Shown here: in pieces, positions 17,962 through 27,593 of the stretch
Layout: every line of letters starts with the position of its first letter
Position numbering within the stretch: position 1 is the first letter of the stretch
DNA from: an uncultured Candidatus Woesearchaeota archaeon
GTDB taxonomy: Archaea; Nanobdellota; Nanobdellia; UBA10117
Direction: 5' to 3'
DNA: 64,000 nt
NCBI GenBank assembly: GCA_903864915.1
Contig: CAIPHS010000007.1
Location: forward strand, 114,933-178,932
Translations under genes and position numbers: made by a program
Notes under the pieces: generated by a model
Database searches by the model: none
The model's input: the letters and a program-made list of their open reading frames with translations, nothing else
What the model was told of the DNA's origin: nothing

Positions 17962-18089
17962 GACAATTGTCCAGAATTGGCTAACTCCCAACGAAGTTAG
18001 CCTAGACAATATCGATGAGAGTTAGTGATATTGGTTTGCAATATTGTTTTTGCTTTAGCAAAGCTTATAATGTCCAATTGTCCAGAATT
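17962..18089. promoter_or_regulatory. Repeated operator-like motif CAATTGTCCAGAATT (17964-17978, 18075-18089), palindrome GACAATTGTC and a GGCTAACT/AGTTAGCC inverted repeat
   Basis: Exact 15-nt direct repeat directly upstream of an HTH gene. Confidence 0.55.
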
Positions 18090-18121
18090 ACTTAACCAGC
18101 TTAAAGGAGGCTTTAAATTAT

Positions 18122-18361
18122 ATGAGTCGCAAGCCAGGGCCACATCCATACAAGCTTGAATTAATTCTCTACGCCCTGCGGGCGCATCCACAAGGGCTTT
18201 GGGTTCGAGAGCTTTCTAGAATATCGGGCCTGAAAAAGTCAACAGTCTCAAATTACCTAACAACACACCTGGCTGACAAGATTGAAATGGTGTATCAAAC
18301 GAACCACATTAAGATAGTCAAGCTTAAAACACAAGAACAAGTGCCAAACTATCTGCAATAA
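18122..18361 (+). CDS. Winged-helix HTH transcriptional regulator
   Basis: GLWVRELSR.SGL.KSTVSNYL helix-turn-helix; AGGAGG upstream. Confidence 0.85.
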   Translation: MSRKPGPHPYKLELILYALRAHPQGLWVRELSRISGLKKSTVSNYLTTHLADKIEMVYQTNHIKIVKLKTQEQVPNYLQ

Positions 18362-18362
18362 C

Positions 18363-18830
18363 ATGATAAGAATCAAAGGAAGAACATATTGGGGTGACAA
18401 AGCTTCTTTACGAGGCTGGGAAACAGAAGTTGGTCATTTTCAAATTCTTGATGCTCGACCCGAGTTCAGACGTTATCATGCGTGTAAAGCTATCTGTCTC
18501 GATGATTTGCAAAAACACTATGATGAAATTACAAAATTAGCGGAAGAATATAATACTGAACCGACAAATATCCTTTATTCAAAGGATAAATATTATAATT
18601 TTGAAAAACACATAAATATATTCTTCTTAGGTAAAAAGCGACTTGGTAGTGACTTAGAAACGATACAACGAACTTTAGAAACAGTTTCTATAAACAAAGA
18701 GGTTTTGCTTTCCATAGACCTTGACAGAGGTAGAAAATGTCCATCTGTCGTAGTTGATATCAAAGAGCCTCTGAAGAAAGTGCATTCAGCGTTATTAAAA
18801 AGCCTTGATACAATATTATTTGCAGAATGA
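18363..18830 (+). CDS. Hypothetical protein
   Basis: 155 aa ORF tightly packed in an operon. Confidence 0.65.
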   Translation: MIRIKGRTYWGDKASLRGWETEVGHFQILDARPEFRRYHACKAICLDDLQKHYDEITKLAEEYNTEPTNILYSKDKYYNFEKHINIFFLGKKRLGSDLETIQRTLETVSINKEVLLSIDLDRGRKCPSVVVDIKEPLKKVHSALLKSLDTILFAE

Positions 18831-19012
18831 AACGAACAACATTTATGGTTATTGGAGTAGTCTCGCTGATAGTTGTACTTTCAGGATTTGTTGTATCCTT
18901 TTTGCACCAGTTCATCATTTCCTTGGTTTTGATAGCAATCGGCGGAGCATCCTTCTGGTTTGCGCAGAAAAAGGCTAAGAAGGAAGACTGGTTCGGCAAG
19001 CCCATAAAATGA
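18827..19012 (+). CDS. Small two-TM membrane protein
   Basis: Two hydrophobic helices; ATGA overlaps on both sides. Confidence 0.7.
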   Translation: MKRTTFMVIGVVSLIVVLSGFVVSFLHQFIISLVLIAIGGASFWFAQKKAKKEDWFGKPIK

Positions 19013-20286
19013 AAGTTTACATCAAGACATTCGGCTGCTCTGCAAATCAATCCGATTCTGAAATTATAGCTGGCTTGTTAATAGAAGCTGGCTACAAGCT
19101 GGTTGATTCTGCCAAAAAATCTGATTTAGTTATAATAAATTCCTGCGGTGTCAAGAACAGGTCAGAATTTGCTTTCTTCAGGGAAATTGAGGCTGCAAAG
19201 AAACTGAAAAAGAAAATAATTGCTTGTGGTTGCATACCATCTGGCAACAAAGCCCTGATCCAAACGAAACTCAGGGATGTATCGATAATAGATGTAAATT
19301 CCATCAAAGAGATTGCTGAAGTTGCAAAAAGAACGCTAAATGGCGAAAGGATAGTTCTATTTGGCATCGGCAAGACGCAGAAAATCTGCCTGCCAAGATG
19401 CAGAAAAAATAAAATTATTGCAATCGTGCCGATTTCTGAAGGCTGTCTTGGAAAGTGCAGCTATTGCTTCACAAAATTGGCAAAAGGAAATCTATTTTCT
19501 TATCCAGAAGAAGCTATTCTGCAGGAAATTAATGATTCTTTAACGGAAGGCTGCAAGGAAATCTGGCTGACATCGCAGGATTGCGCAGCTTATGGCTTGG
19601 ACAGAAAAACAAACCTTGCAAACTTGCTGAATAAAGTATGCAAAATTCCAGGCAAGTTTTACATAAGGGTTGGTATGGGAAATCCAGATAACATGTTGAA
19701 GATTTTGCCTGAACTGATAAAAGCCTACAAGAATCCAAAAGTTTTCAAGTTCCTTCACATACCTGTGCAGTCAGGAAATAACAGAGTTCTGAATCTAATG
19801 AATAGAGTTTATACGATTGCCCAGTTCAAGGCGATTATTGCAAGATTTAGGAAACAAATCAAGAATTTAACTATCAGTACGGATGTGATTTGTGGCTTTC
19901 CAACAGAAACTGAAAAGGAATTCAATGATACTCTTAATCTAGTTAGATGGCTCAAGCCGGATGTTGTTAATATTTCGCAGTTTTGGGCCAGACAAGGCAC
20001 AACAGCAGCAAAAATGAAGCAAGTAGATGGAAAGGTCAAGCAGACAAGAAGCAAGGAACTAACCGAACTATGCAAAGAAATTACTCTAATTAAAAATAAA
20101 ATCCAGATTGGGAAAAAATGCAAAGTTCTTGTTGATGAAATTGGAAAGAAAGGCGGTTTTGTATCCCGAAATGAAAGTTATAATCCAATAATATTAAAAG
20201 AAAAATTACGATTAGGAAGTTACTTAAGATGCAAAATAACTGACGCTACTGAAAAATATCTTATTGGAAAAATTTCTAAAAATTAG
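19009..20286 (+). CDS. mtaB: tRNA t6A37 methylthiotransferase (archaeal e-MtaB/CDKAL1 type)
   Basis: TFGC..N..DSE, NSC.VK, EGCLGKCSYC, LHIPVQSG, TDVICGFP.ETE, C-terminal TRAM domain. Confidence 0.92.
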   Translation: MKVYIKTFGCSANQSDSEIIAGLLIEAGYKLVDSAKKSDLVIINSCGVKNRSEFAFFREIEAAKKLKKKIIACGCIPSGNKALIQTKLRDVSIIDVNSIKEIAEVAKRTLNGERIVLFGIGKTQKICLPRCRKNKIIAIVPISEGCLGKCSYCFTKLAKGNLFSYPEEAILQEINDSLTEGCKEIWLTSQDCAAYGLDRKTNLANLLNKVCKIPGKFYIRVGMGNPDNMLKILPELIKAYKNPKVFKFLHIPVQSGNNRVLNLMNRVYTIAQFKAIIARFRKQIKNLTISTDVICGFPTETEKEFNDTLNLVRWLKPDVVNISQFWARQGTTAAKMKQVDGKVKQTRSKELTELCKEITLIKNKIQIGKKCKVLVDEIGKKGGFVSRNESYNPIILKEKLRLGSYLRCKITDATEKYLIGKISKN

Positions 20287-20305
20287 AAACTTATTTAAGT
20301 AAGAA

Positions 20306-21655
20306 ATGCCTAATAATTTTACAAAAAATAATACGATGGTTGAAAAGAAGAATGAAAATAATAATGGCATGCCGAAGAAAATAAAATTTCTTTTTGTGTC
20401 AAATGAGGCATTGATAGGTGACGTGGCCTGGCAAGTAAAGAAAGAAGGTCATGATGCAAAATATTACATACGTGACAAATTAGAACAGGACGTATGTGAT
20501 GGTTTTGTTGACAAATGCGACGACTGGCAGAAAGAAGTGGATTGGGCAGACGTAATCGTTTTTGATGATATCAGCTTTGGCGTGCAGGCTGACAAGTTAA
20601 GAAAACAAGGAAAATTCGTAGTTGGCGGTTCTGCATACACCGATAAACTTGAGGATGACCGGGAATTCGGCCAGGATGAGATGAAAAACGCAGGCATGAC
20701 TATAATCCCAAATTATAACTTCACAAATTTTGACGCAGCCATAAAATTCCTAACTGAAAATCCTGACAGATATGTACTAAAACCAAGCGGCAAGGCTCAA
20801 AACGAAAAAGAACTTTTATTTGTGGGTAATGAAGTTGATGGCAGAGACGTTCTGGAAATCTTAGAACGATACAAAAAGAACTGGGGAAATAAAATAAAGG
20901 TTTTCCAGCTTCAAAAGCACGTTACGGGAGTTGAAGTTGCAATAGGTGGATTCTTCAACGGACATGATTTTGTTATGCCAATTAACATTAATTTTGAGCA
21001 CAAGAAATTGTTCCCAGGCAATATAGGACCAAGCACTGGTGAGATGGGAACGAGCATGTTCTGGGCAAAACCCAACCCACTTTACAGGGCAACTTTGGAA
21101 AAACTCAAATCCAAACTGCAAGAATGCGGGTATGTGGGCTACTTTGACATAAACACAATTGTAAACGCTAAGGGCATACATCCGCTCGAAGCAACAAGCC
21201 GCTTCGGCTACCCAACTATAAACATACAGATGGAGGGCATAACAATGCCGATGGGTGAATTCTTGTATAATCTTGCGAGTGGAAAAGATTTCGAAATAAA
21301 AACCAAGAGAGGTTTCCAGGTCGGTGTAGTCATAGCTGCACCGCCATTTCCATTCAAAGATCCTGCTTCGTTCAAGAGATATTCTGAAGATGCGTTAATA
21401 ATATTCAAAAAACCAAATTACGATGGCGCACATATAGCAGATGTAAAATTAATCGACAATGAGTGGAGGATGGCAGGAACATCTGGTTACCCACTCATCA
21501 TGACAGGCTCAGGTACGACCATGGATGAAGCCCAGAAGGAAGCATACATGCACGTAGAAAACATCCTAATTCCTAACATGTTCTACAGGACAGATATAGG
21601 CGCAAGGTGGACACAAGATTCTGACAGATTGCAAACCTGGGGCTATCTCTATTAA
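20306..21655 (+). CDS. Divergent PurD-like ATP-grasp ligase
   Basis: LE.DR..G, V.KP.G, FEHK....G..GP.TGEMG, LE.T.RFG.P, YR.DIG; canonical GSGGREH N-terminus absent. Confidence 0.75.
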   Translation: MPNNFTKNNTMVEKKNENNNGMPKKIKFLFVSNEALIGDVAWQVKKEGHDAKYYIRDKLEQDVCDGFVDKCDDWQKEVDWADVIVFDDISFGVQADKLRKQGKFVVGGSAYTDKLEDDREFGQDEMKNAGMTIIPNYNFTNFDAAIKFLTENPDRYVLKPSGKAQNEKELLFVGNEVDGRDVLEILERYKKNWGNKIKVFQLQKHVTGVEVAIGGFFNGHDFVMPININFEHKKLFPGNIGPSTGEMGTSMFWAKPNPLYRATLEKLKSKLQECGYVGYFDINTIVNAKGIHPLEATSRFGYPTINIQMEGITMPMGEFLYNLASGKDFEIKTKRGFQVGVVIAAPPFPFKDPASFKRYSEDALIIFKKPNYDGAHIADVKLIDNEWRMAGTSGYPLIMTGSGTTMDEAQKEAYMHVENILIPNMFYRTDIGARWTQDSDRLQTWGYLY

Positions 21656-22353
21656 GAAAGCTGCACGCCGAACAAATAACCAATTACATAGCCCGCAGCT
21701 GCTGCCAGCAAGGCTACCACCAGCATTTCCAATCCAGATTTCAGCCAGGACCTTTTTGTGACCTTTGTCTTGTAAGCTCCCACTGTAAACAATGTCGCGC
21801 CTGTTCCCACTAAAGCTATAATGCTGGCAAGCTTTGTATCGTGCAGGAAGAAAGGCAGAACAGGGAACACTGAGCCCACTGCATAAGCCACTAAGATTGT
21901 AAGCGCACCTCTCGCAGGATTTTCAAATTTTTCAGGCACTATACCTAATGCTTCTTCTGAAAGCGCTTTTAGTGCTAGTTTTCTTTTTGTGTTCAGGCAA
22001 CCCAGGAACTCCTTGACTGCCCTGTCAGTCAACTTCTCACCCTTGTAGAGATTTTTTATTGCTCTGGCTTCTGCCCCAGGCTTCTCAAGCTTTTTTTCTT
22101 CTTCATCTATTTGCTCGTCCAAAACTTCCCGCTGTGATTTTGTAGAAAGGTAATCGCCAGCAGCCATGGAGACCATGCCTGCAAACATTGCAGCCAGGCC
22201 AGCCAGCAATACATCAGTATTTGGAACGCCAGCGGCAGCAACACCAAGAACCAAACCAAGATTTGTTATGAGACTGTCTTCCATTCCAAAGACTAAGTCT
22301 CGCATTACGTCCCGTATATTAACAGACCATTTGATTTTTTTCTTACTTGCCAT
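21652..22353 (-). CDS. VIT1/CCC1 family metal transporter
   Basis: RD.VFG..D.L, AG..SMA.G.YLS.KS. Confidence 0.92.
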   Translation of the reverse strand: MASKKKIKWSVNIRDVMRDLVFGMEDSLITNLGLVLGVAAAGVPNTDVLLAGLAAMFAGMVSMAAGDYLSTKSQREVLDEQIDEEEKKLEKPGAEARAIKNLYKGEKLTDRAVKEFLGCLNTKRKLALKALSEEALGIVPEKFENPARGALTILVAYAVGSVFPVLPFFLHDTKLASIIALVGTGATLFTVGAYKTKVTKRSWLKSGLEMLVVALLAAAAGYVIGYLFGVQLS

Positions 22354-23578
22354 GTTTCTTTTTCTCCGGCCAGAATGCCCAACCTGAAACCAATGCAGCC
22401 ATGCCTGATATGACTGTTACTAATAAAAATGGGGCTAGTGGATTAAATAACTGCATCGCCAAAATTCCACCGGCAAGCGGGCCTACAATCATTCCAAAAT
22501 CTTTTGATGTGTCGAACACACCCGACATTTCACCATACATGTTTGCAGGAACTATTTCAGTCAATAGGGCTTCAGTACCTGGAAGTATCCAAGAAACTGA
22601 ACCCGCAGCCAGCAAGGCAAACATGACAAAGAGTGCCGGGCTTGTTGACAAGAACGCGAAGTAAGTTGCAGTGAACAAAAGCAAAAAGCCAGCAGTTATG
22701 ATATACCTTTTGCCAATCTTGTCCATTATAAAACCCGAAGAATAATACAACAGGCCTTCAACAGCCATCATCGCTCCAAGTACAAAGCCTACAGCTTCTG
22801 CAGAAAAGCCGAAGCGCGCTATACCTGCAATAGAAACGAATGCCCATTCTATGGCAATCCATACATATGCCGAAAACGTAAGAATGTAAAGTGGAAGTGC
22901 ATGCTTATGCACACCAATATATTCCTTGAATATCGTTGTTAGCAAAGAAAGTCTGGCTTTGTGCTTGTGCCCTCTCTCAAGCTCACGGAACTTGCTTACT
23001 GTTTTACCCCTGAAAATTACAAGACTGAAAAGCACCGCAATAAACATGAATATCGAAATTAGCAAAAAATTATACCTCTCAGATAATGTGACTGCAATCA
23101 AGCCCGCAATAATTGGCCCAAGAATCCATCCCACCTGCGTGATGGACATGTAAACGCCTTCTGCCTGGCAAAGCATCTTGCGAGGGCTGAAGTCCCTTAT
23201 CAAGACCGTAGATGGTATCCAGAAAGCCACAGATATTATACCGAAAACTAACGACAACATAGCCAGTAAAACAACATCCTTTGTGAAGAAGTAAACAAGT
23301 CCCATCAGGCTCATCGCAGTCATCGCGACTGCAAGCATTTTTACCCTTCCATACTTGTCAACTGCTAGGCCTGTTGGAATCTCTGCAATCAGTGATGCAA
23401 CATAAACAAGGGAAACTATCAACCCAACAATTGCAAAGCTTGCGGATTTGCTTTCAGTAAAAATCGGCAGAATGAAATCATAAACTCCAAATGCCAAGAT
23501 AGCTATGAAAGAAAGGATTGATGCCTGGAATACCTTTGTCAGTTGCTTAGCTTTTTCCTCAAATGTGCGGAGCTGCAT
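22343..23578 (-). CDS. MFS transporter
   Basis: 12 TM; G...DKYGR and DKIGKR motif A repeats. Confidence 0.92.
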   Translation of the reverse strand: MQLRTFEEKAKQLTKVFQASILSFIAILAFGVYDFILPIFTESKSASFAIVGLIVSLVYVASLIAEIPTGLAVDKYGRVKMLAVAMTAMSLMGLVYFFTKDVVLLAMLSLVFGIISVAFWIPSTVLIRDFSPRKMLCQAEGVYMSITQVGWILGPIIAGLIAVTLSERYNFLLISIFMFIAVLFSLVIFRGKTVSKFRELERGHKHKARLSLLTTIFKEYIGVHKHALPLYILTFSAYVWIAIEWAFVSIAGIARFGFSAEAVGFVLGAMMAVEGLLYYSSGFIMDKIGKRYIITAGFLLLFTATYFAFLSTSPALFVMFALLAAGSVSWILPGTEALLTEIVPANMYGEMSGVFDTSKDFGMIVGPLAGGILAMQLFNPLAPFLLVTVISGMAALVSGWAFWPEKKKHGK

Positions 23579-23634
23579 GATTGAATAATCTAACTTTGAT
23601 TAAAAAAGACTATTTACTACTAAACGCCGACTTA

Positions 23635-23910
23635 TTATCGGCGCTTAGCCTTTAGATGTTCTAATTTGGATTTCTTGACAGTTGGGCGCCAAATCTTCTC
23701 TGGCAGCCAGTCTGGTCTATTAGATGGTGCGTCCACTCGCTTCCTGCCACCCTTGAAAACATGTAGTCTATCTGTTCCCCTTTCTCTCAGTCGTATGTCT
23801 GTAAACCCTCTCGTAGCAGCTTTAAGTGCGGCTCTTCTTGGCGAGCTCCCCGTAAAAACGTGGTCTGTGTCTGTGCCACCTTGCATCATAACATAGTATT
23901 TTACAGCCAT
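23635..23910 (-). CDS. Non-histone chromosomal protein MC1
   Basis: FTG..PR.AALKAA.RG...IRLRERGT..LH.F.G, P.WLP..IW.P.V. Confidence 0.92.
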   Translation of the reverse strand: MAVKYYVMMQGGTDTDHVFTGSSPRRAALKAATRGFTDIRLRERGTDRLHVFKGGRKRVDAPSNRPDWLPEKIWRPTVKKSKLEHLKAKRR

Positions 23911-24012
23911 TCAAACACCCCCATATGAAATAATTGTCTGCCCTATATAAACACTTCGCAGCAGTCTGCTTTCTGAAAATCTTTTAAACTCCATTTGCAG
24001 TAAAATTCACAC

Positions 24013-24504
24013 ATGGCTTTTATCGGAATAGACTTGGCAGCGTCCATGCATAATGACAGCGGGCTTGCTGTAATGCAGGATGGCAAAGTTGGCGAAGTAA
24101 AAATTGTAAAAACCGAAAAGGAAATTCTGGATTTTGTGCAGAAACACAAGCCGCAACTTATCGCGATTGACGCACCTCTTAGTTTTCCGCTGGAAGGGGA
24201 ATTCAGGCAGGCAGAAAAAATCCTACACATCATGGGCATAAACACTTTCCCGCTGAAAGGCCTGAAGTCCATGGAATTATTGGTAAAGCGGGCTATGAGG
24301 CTTGCAAAATCTTTGAAAGAAAATAATTTTTCTGTCATAGAAACTTTCCCGAAGCCATTGCAGAATCATTTCAGGATTACCACAAAAAACCCACACATAA
24401 GGGATGCCATAATCTGCGCCAATGTTGCAAACCTGCACCAAAGAGGAAATACAATAGCATACGGTGATGCAAAAGAAGGGCAGATAATAATGCCTGTCAA
24501 GTAG
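24013..24504 (+). CDS. DUF429 family RNase H-fold putative nuclease
   Basis: GIDLA, IAIDAPL..P, IE.FP, DA..C. Confidence 0.8.
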   Translation: MAFIGIDLAASMHNDSGLAVMQDGKVGEVKIVKTEKEILDFVQKHKPQLIAIDAPLSFPLEGEFRQAEKILHIMGINTFPLKGLKSMELLVKRAMRLAKSLKENNFSVIETFPKPLQNHFRITTKNPHIRDAIICANVANLHQRGNTIAYGDAKEGQIIMPVK

Positions 24505-24506
24505 AA

Positions 24507-25244
24507 TTACTTATCGCTGGCAATATCCTTCATTGAATAAACTTCAACGCGACTTACTGGCGACCCAGGCATATCCATAACTTTTTCCAACTTAAAATTT
24601 GGATCGGGTTTTGGGTTCCAGACAGCATTTGCAAAGTCCCTATGTAGCTGAACCATCTCAAGGTTATTATTATCACAACTTAACTGCCCGAATTTTTCAA
24701 CATATTCCTTCGGATGCATCTCTGCATTAGCCACTAAATTTGCAAATAATTTCTGCATTAGTGCATAATCTAAAGCACTTGTTGTATCCGCCAACATGTT
24801 ATCATCAAGCACTGCACCTAAATCTAAAACGCCTGTATCTATCATCATTGGTCCACGTAAATGAGGGTTTTGTATCCTAGGCGCTATTGATAAGGGGGCA
24901 ACCAAGAAATTCATTCTTGTTTTGTAAATTGACTTGGCATAATCCCTGACTGTTCTGTAAGCAATACTTGTAGAAAGAAGATAATCCTTCGTCTTACTAT
25001 TTTTTGAACTTCTATCCATAACCTCACAAACAGCATAAGCCAACGCAGAAGGCACACCTTCTGGCAGTTCAGTTTTGTTTATGAAATGGATTAATTTCAC
25101 TTCTAAACTACCAAGCTCTTTGTTAAACGCCTGATTGTTATGCTTCTTCTCAAAAAGGTTGAAAACTCTATTTTGCTGATGTCTAATCTTTTCTAAGCGC
25201 TTTGCAAGTTTAGACAAAGAATACTTTGGTTTTTCGGTGGCCAC
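24507..25244 (-). CDS. Hypothetical protein downstream of PCNA
   Basis: 245 aa; GTG start with GAGGTGA SD; no recognisable motif. Confidence 0.7.
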   Translation of the reverse strand: MATEKPKYSLSKLAKRLEKIRHQQNRVFNLFEKKHNNQAFNKELGSLEVKLIHFINKTELPEGVPSALAYAVCEVMDRSSKNSKTKDYLLSTSIAYRTVRDYAKSIYKTRMNFLVAPLSIAPRIQNPHLRGPMMIDTGVLDLGAVLDDNMLADTTSALDYALMQKLFANLVANAEMHPKEYVEKFGQLSCDNNNLEMVQLHRDFANAVWNPKPDPNFKLEKVMDMPGSPVSRVEVYSMKDIASDK

Positions 25245-25253
25245 AAAATCACC

Positions 25254-26000
25254 TCACTTGTTTTCTATTCTTGGTGCGAGTATGAATGATAGCTGCAGCT
25301 TGTTCAATGACTTGAAATCAAGCTTCAAAGGATAATCCTTTGCGAACTGCACAGTTACCGTGTCCGCAAGCGTTGATGCCCTTGCCATCTTTTTCAAATA
25401 TTCTATACTATAAGTTGCCTTTACAGCATCACCTGCTGCAATCTGGAACAAAGGATCTGAGCCCTTTGTCAGTTCAATCCTGACTTTGGAGCCTATATCG
25501 CCTGCAGAAATTGCAAAGGTGTTCTTATCAGCCTCGAAAACTATGGCATCGCCTGCAATTGCTGCGTCGTCAACGTAATCCCTGAACTCGCCTGCATCCA
25601 ATTCCACAGTTGTCATGAATTCCAGGCTAGGGATTTTCCTTTCCTTGCCTTCCCTTTCCAACAAAGGAATGTGGAAAGTCTTCGATGACTTGCCTTGGAT
25701 TGTTATTTTGAGTTTGTTTTTGTCCAATGTCAATGTAATAGGGTCTGTTGGCTTTGCCCTCTTGATTGCCTGCTTGAATGCCTCAAGGTTGATTGTTATG
25801 TCAACAGGGGTCTCAACCTTGTATTCCAAGAAAGCCGAAGGCAATATATTCAAAACAACCATTGAGATGTTTGCAGGGTCTAAAGCAATTAGCTTTATGC
25901 CTTCCTTCTGGAAACTGAAAGAAGCTTCTGTTATAAAGTCAGACAAAACTGAAACTATGGCGCTTAATATGCGTGGTTCGCTGAGCTTTGCTATGAACAT
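25254..26000 (-). CDS. pcn: PCNA sliding clamp
   Basis: ALDPANISMV, YS.EYL.KM, F..DYPL, F.LAPRIE. Confidence 0.96.
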   Translation of the reverse strand: MFIAKLSEPRILSAIVSVLSDFITEASFSFQKEGIKLIALDPANISMVVLNILPSAFLEYKVETPVDITINLEAFKQAIKRAKPTDPITLTLDKNKLKITIQGKSSKTFHIPLLEREGKERKIPSLEFMTTVELDAGEFRDYVDDAAIAGDAIVFEADKNTFAISAGDIGSKVRIELTKGSDPLFQIAAGDAVKATYSIEYLKKMARASTLADTVTVQFAKDYPLKLDFKSLNKLQLSFILAPRIENK

Positions 26001-26073
26001 GTAGAATATGGTGAAAGATAGCTTTTTAATTTTTTGTACAGAAGAACATATAGTTCAACTGGGCAACCTGCTT

Positions 26074-26250
26074 CTAACGCCAAACCCTGCCCTTAAAGTA
26101 TCTTACATAAACGATGTCTATCGCCGCTATCAGTAATAATACTGCAAAAGCCCAAAGCATGGGCTGGAATGCAAAAGACACCACAGCCAACACTACGAGA
26201 ACTATCCCGTAAATAATCCAGCGCAAATTGTCAAACTCAGTTTCTCTCAT
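26074..26250 (-). CDS. Small two-TM membrane protein (58 aa, not in ORF track)
   Basis: MRETEFDNLRWIIYGIVLVVLAVVSFAFQPMLWAFAVLLLIAAIDIVYVRYFKGRVWR; abuts the upstream stop. Confidence 0.7.
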   Translation of the reverse strand: MRETEFDNLRWIIYGIVLVVLAVVSFAFQPMLWAFAVLLLIAAIDIVYVRYFKGRVWR

Positions 26251-26520
26251 TTATCTCTTCCTCGCTAGCACATTATGTATATACCTCAATCCGTGCTTTG
26301 CAGCGTACCACTGCTCATAAGCCCATACTATGAAAAGTACCAGTGGCAAGATTATCAATATCACACTCGCTCCTCTGACGGCAAGCCATCCAAAGGCGAT
26401 GCCTATTATCAGCCAGGCAGCCTCTTCCAGCGTAAGAATTTCAGTTCTAAGCCTGCCTTGCGAAAACTTCTGGTGTCTCTTGTGGAAAAATGATCCTGGG
26501 GGTGCTGTTCTTGGTTCCAT
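26251..26520 (-). CDS. Small two-TM membrane protein
   Basis: Start refined to MEPRTAPP; two hydrophobic helices. Confidence 0.7.
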   Translation of the reverse strand: MEPRTAPPGSFFHKRHQKFSQGRLRTEILTLEEAAWLIIGIAFGWLAVRGASVILIILPLVLFIVWAYEQWYAAKHGLRYIHNVLARKR

Positions 26521-26524
26521 GTTA

Positions 26525-26677
26525 CTATGGCGCCACAATTGTTGGGCAGAACAAGCCGCTCAGCATTGTTGTACGAGCCCCTAAGTAATACATCAGTCCT
26601 ATGCCCAAAATCAGGCCGATAAATAGCCCAATTGCAATGTAAGATCCATCCATGCCTTTTTTGTTAAACATAGCCAT
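26525..26677 (-). CDS. Small class III signal peptide (pilin-like) protein (50 aa, not in ORF track)
   Basis: MAMFNKKG|MDGSYIAIGLFIGLILGIGLMYYLG...; AGAGG directly upstream. Confidence 0.65.
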   Translation of the reverse strand: MAMFNKKGMDGSYIAIGLFIGLILGIGLMYYLGARTTMLSGLFCPTIVAP

Positions 26678-26753
26678 CCTCTGACTAAGTTTATATTCAG
26701 CATATTTAAACCTATTGGTAAATCCTTATAATTTACGGAGCTTTTTTTATCCC

Positions 26754-27125
26754 ATGCTAAGCGATATTCTGATTGCGCTACTGATTTCTACAGCTTTTGC
26801 CATCGGCGCTTTCCTCTACAAATGGACAGAAGAGGAGATTGATTATGTCAAGCAAAAATTCCGCTCAGAATTTCTGACGAAAGCCAAAAATGTTGCCCTT
26901 GCGCCAATAGGCATTCTTGGCGTTGTTCAGGCAGCTGCAACAACATCAAAATATTTCGGAACAATAAGCATACTCATGCTCGCATTCGCAATCTGGTTCG
27001 GCAGCTTTGTTGTCGCAGAGAAGGACAGCAAGCTGACAAAGACATACATCCTGGAAACAGCGATTACTTTCCTGGTTTTCTTCGGCTTTGTTTATTTTAT
27101 AATAAGCATACTCAGCCAAACATGA
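26754..27125 (+). CDS. Four-TM membrane protein
   Basis: Hydrophobic helices; start refined to MLSDIL. Confidence 0.7.
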   Translation: MLSDILIALLISTAFAIGAFLYKWTEEEIDYVKQKFRSEFLTKAKNVALAPIGILGVVQAAATTSKYFGTISILMLAFAIWFGSFVVAEKDSKLTKTYILETAITFLVFFGFVYFIISILSQT

Positions 27126-27191
27126 CTTTGCTGTAAAGTTCCCAGTCTATTTTTGAAAAGTATCGGAAATCCGTTCCGATGTTCTCCAAAG

Positions 27192-27539
27192 TTAAAAAAA
27201 TACCTTAGTGTATAACTCTCTATCAATTTTGGAGAAGTCCTGAACGACTTCTGCCTGCAGCTCAATCTCGTTGTCAGTTCCCCAGACTTTTCCAAGAACG
27301 CGGACAGTCTGGCCTTCCTTGAACCGCTCTATATCTGCAGGATCATTTAGCAAAACAAGAATGGATGCTTGTCCGTCATCTATAACTATGGACCCTATAT
27401 CTGCATTCTTCGAGATTATTGTTCCAATGACAGCAACTCTCCCCATCTCCCCAGTCAGCTTTGCAATCGGGACTGGTATCGCGGGAGCGCGCCTTAGGAT
27501 TTTCTTCTCTTCTTCTAACTTTTCAGGCTCTTCAGGCAT
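27192..27539 (-). CDS. RPA small subunit (RPA14/Rpa3-like single OB fold)
   Basis: RR.PA....I......RV..IG, IDDG, G..VRV.G, AEV.QDFS..D. Confidence 0.8.
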   Translation of the reverse strand: MPEEPEKLEEEKKILRRAPAIPVPIAKLTGEMGRVAVIGTIISKNADIGSIVIDDGQASILVLLNDPADIERFKEGQTVRVLGKVWGTDNEIELQAEVVQDFSKIDRELYTKVFF

Positions 27540-27593
27540 GATAAGAATCAAGAAAAAGATTCTTTAAATAATTATATATAAACCAGCATACAA

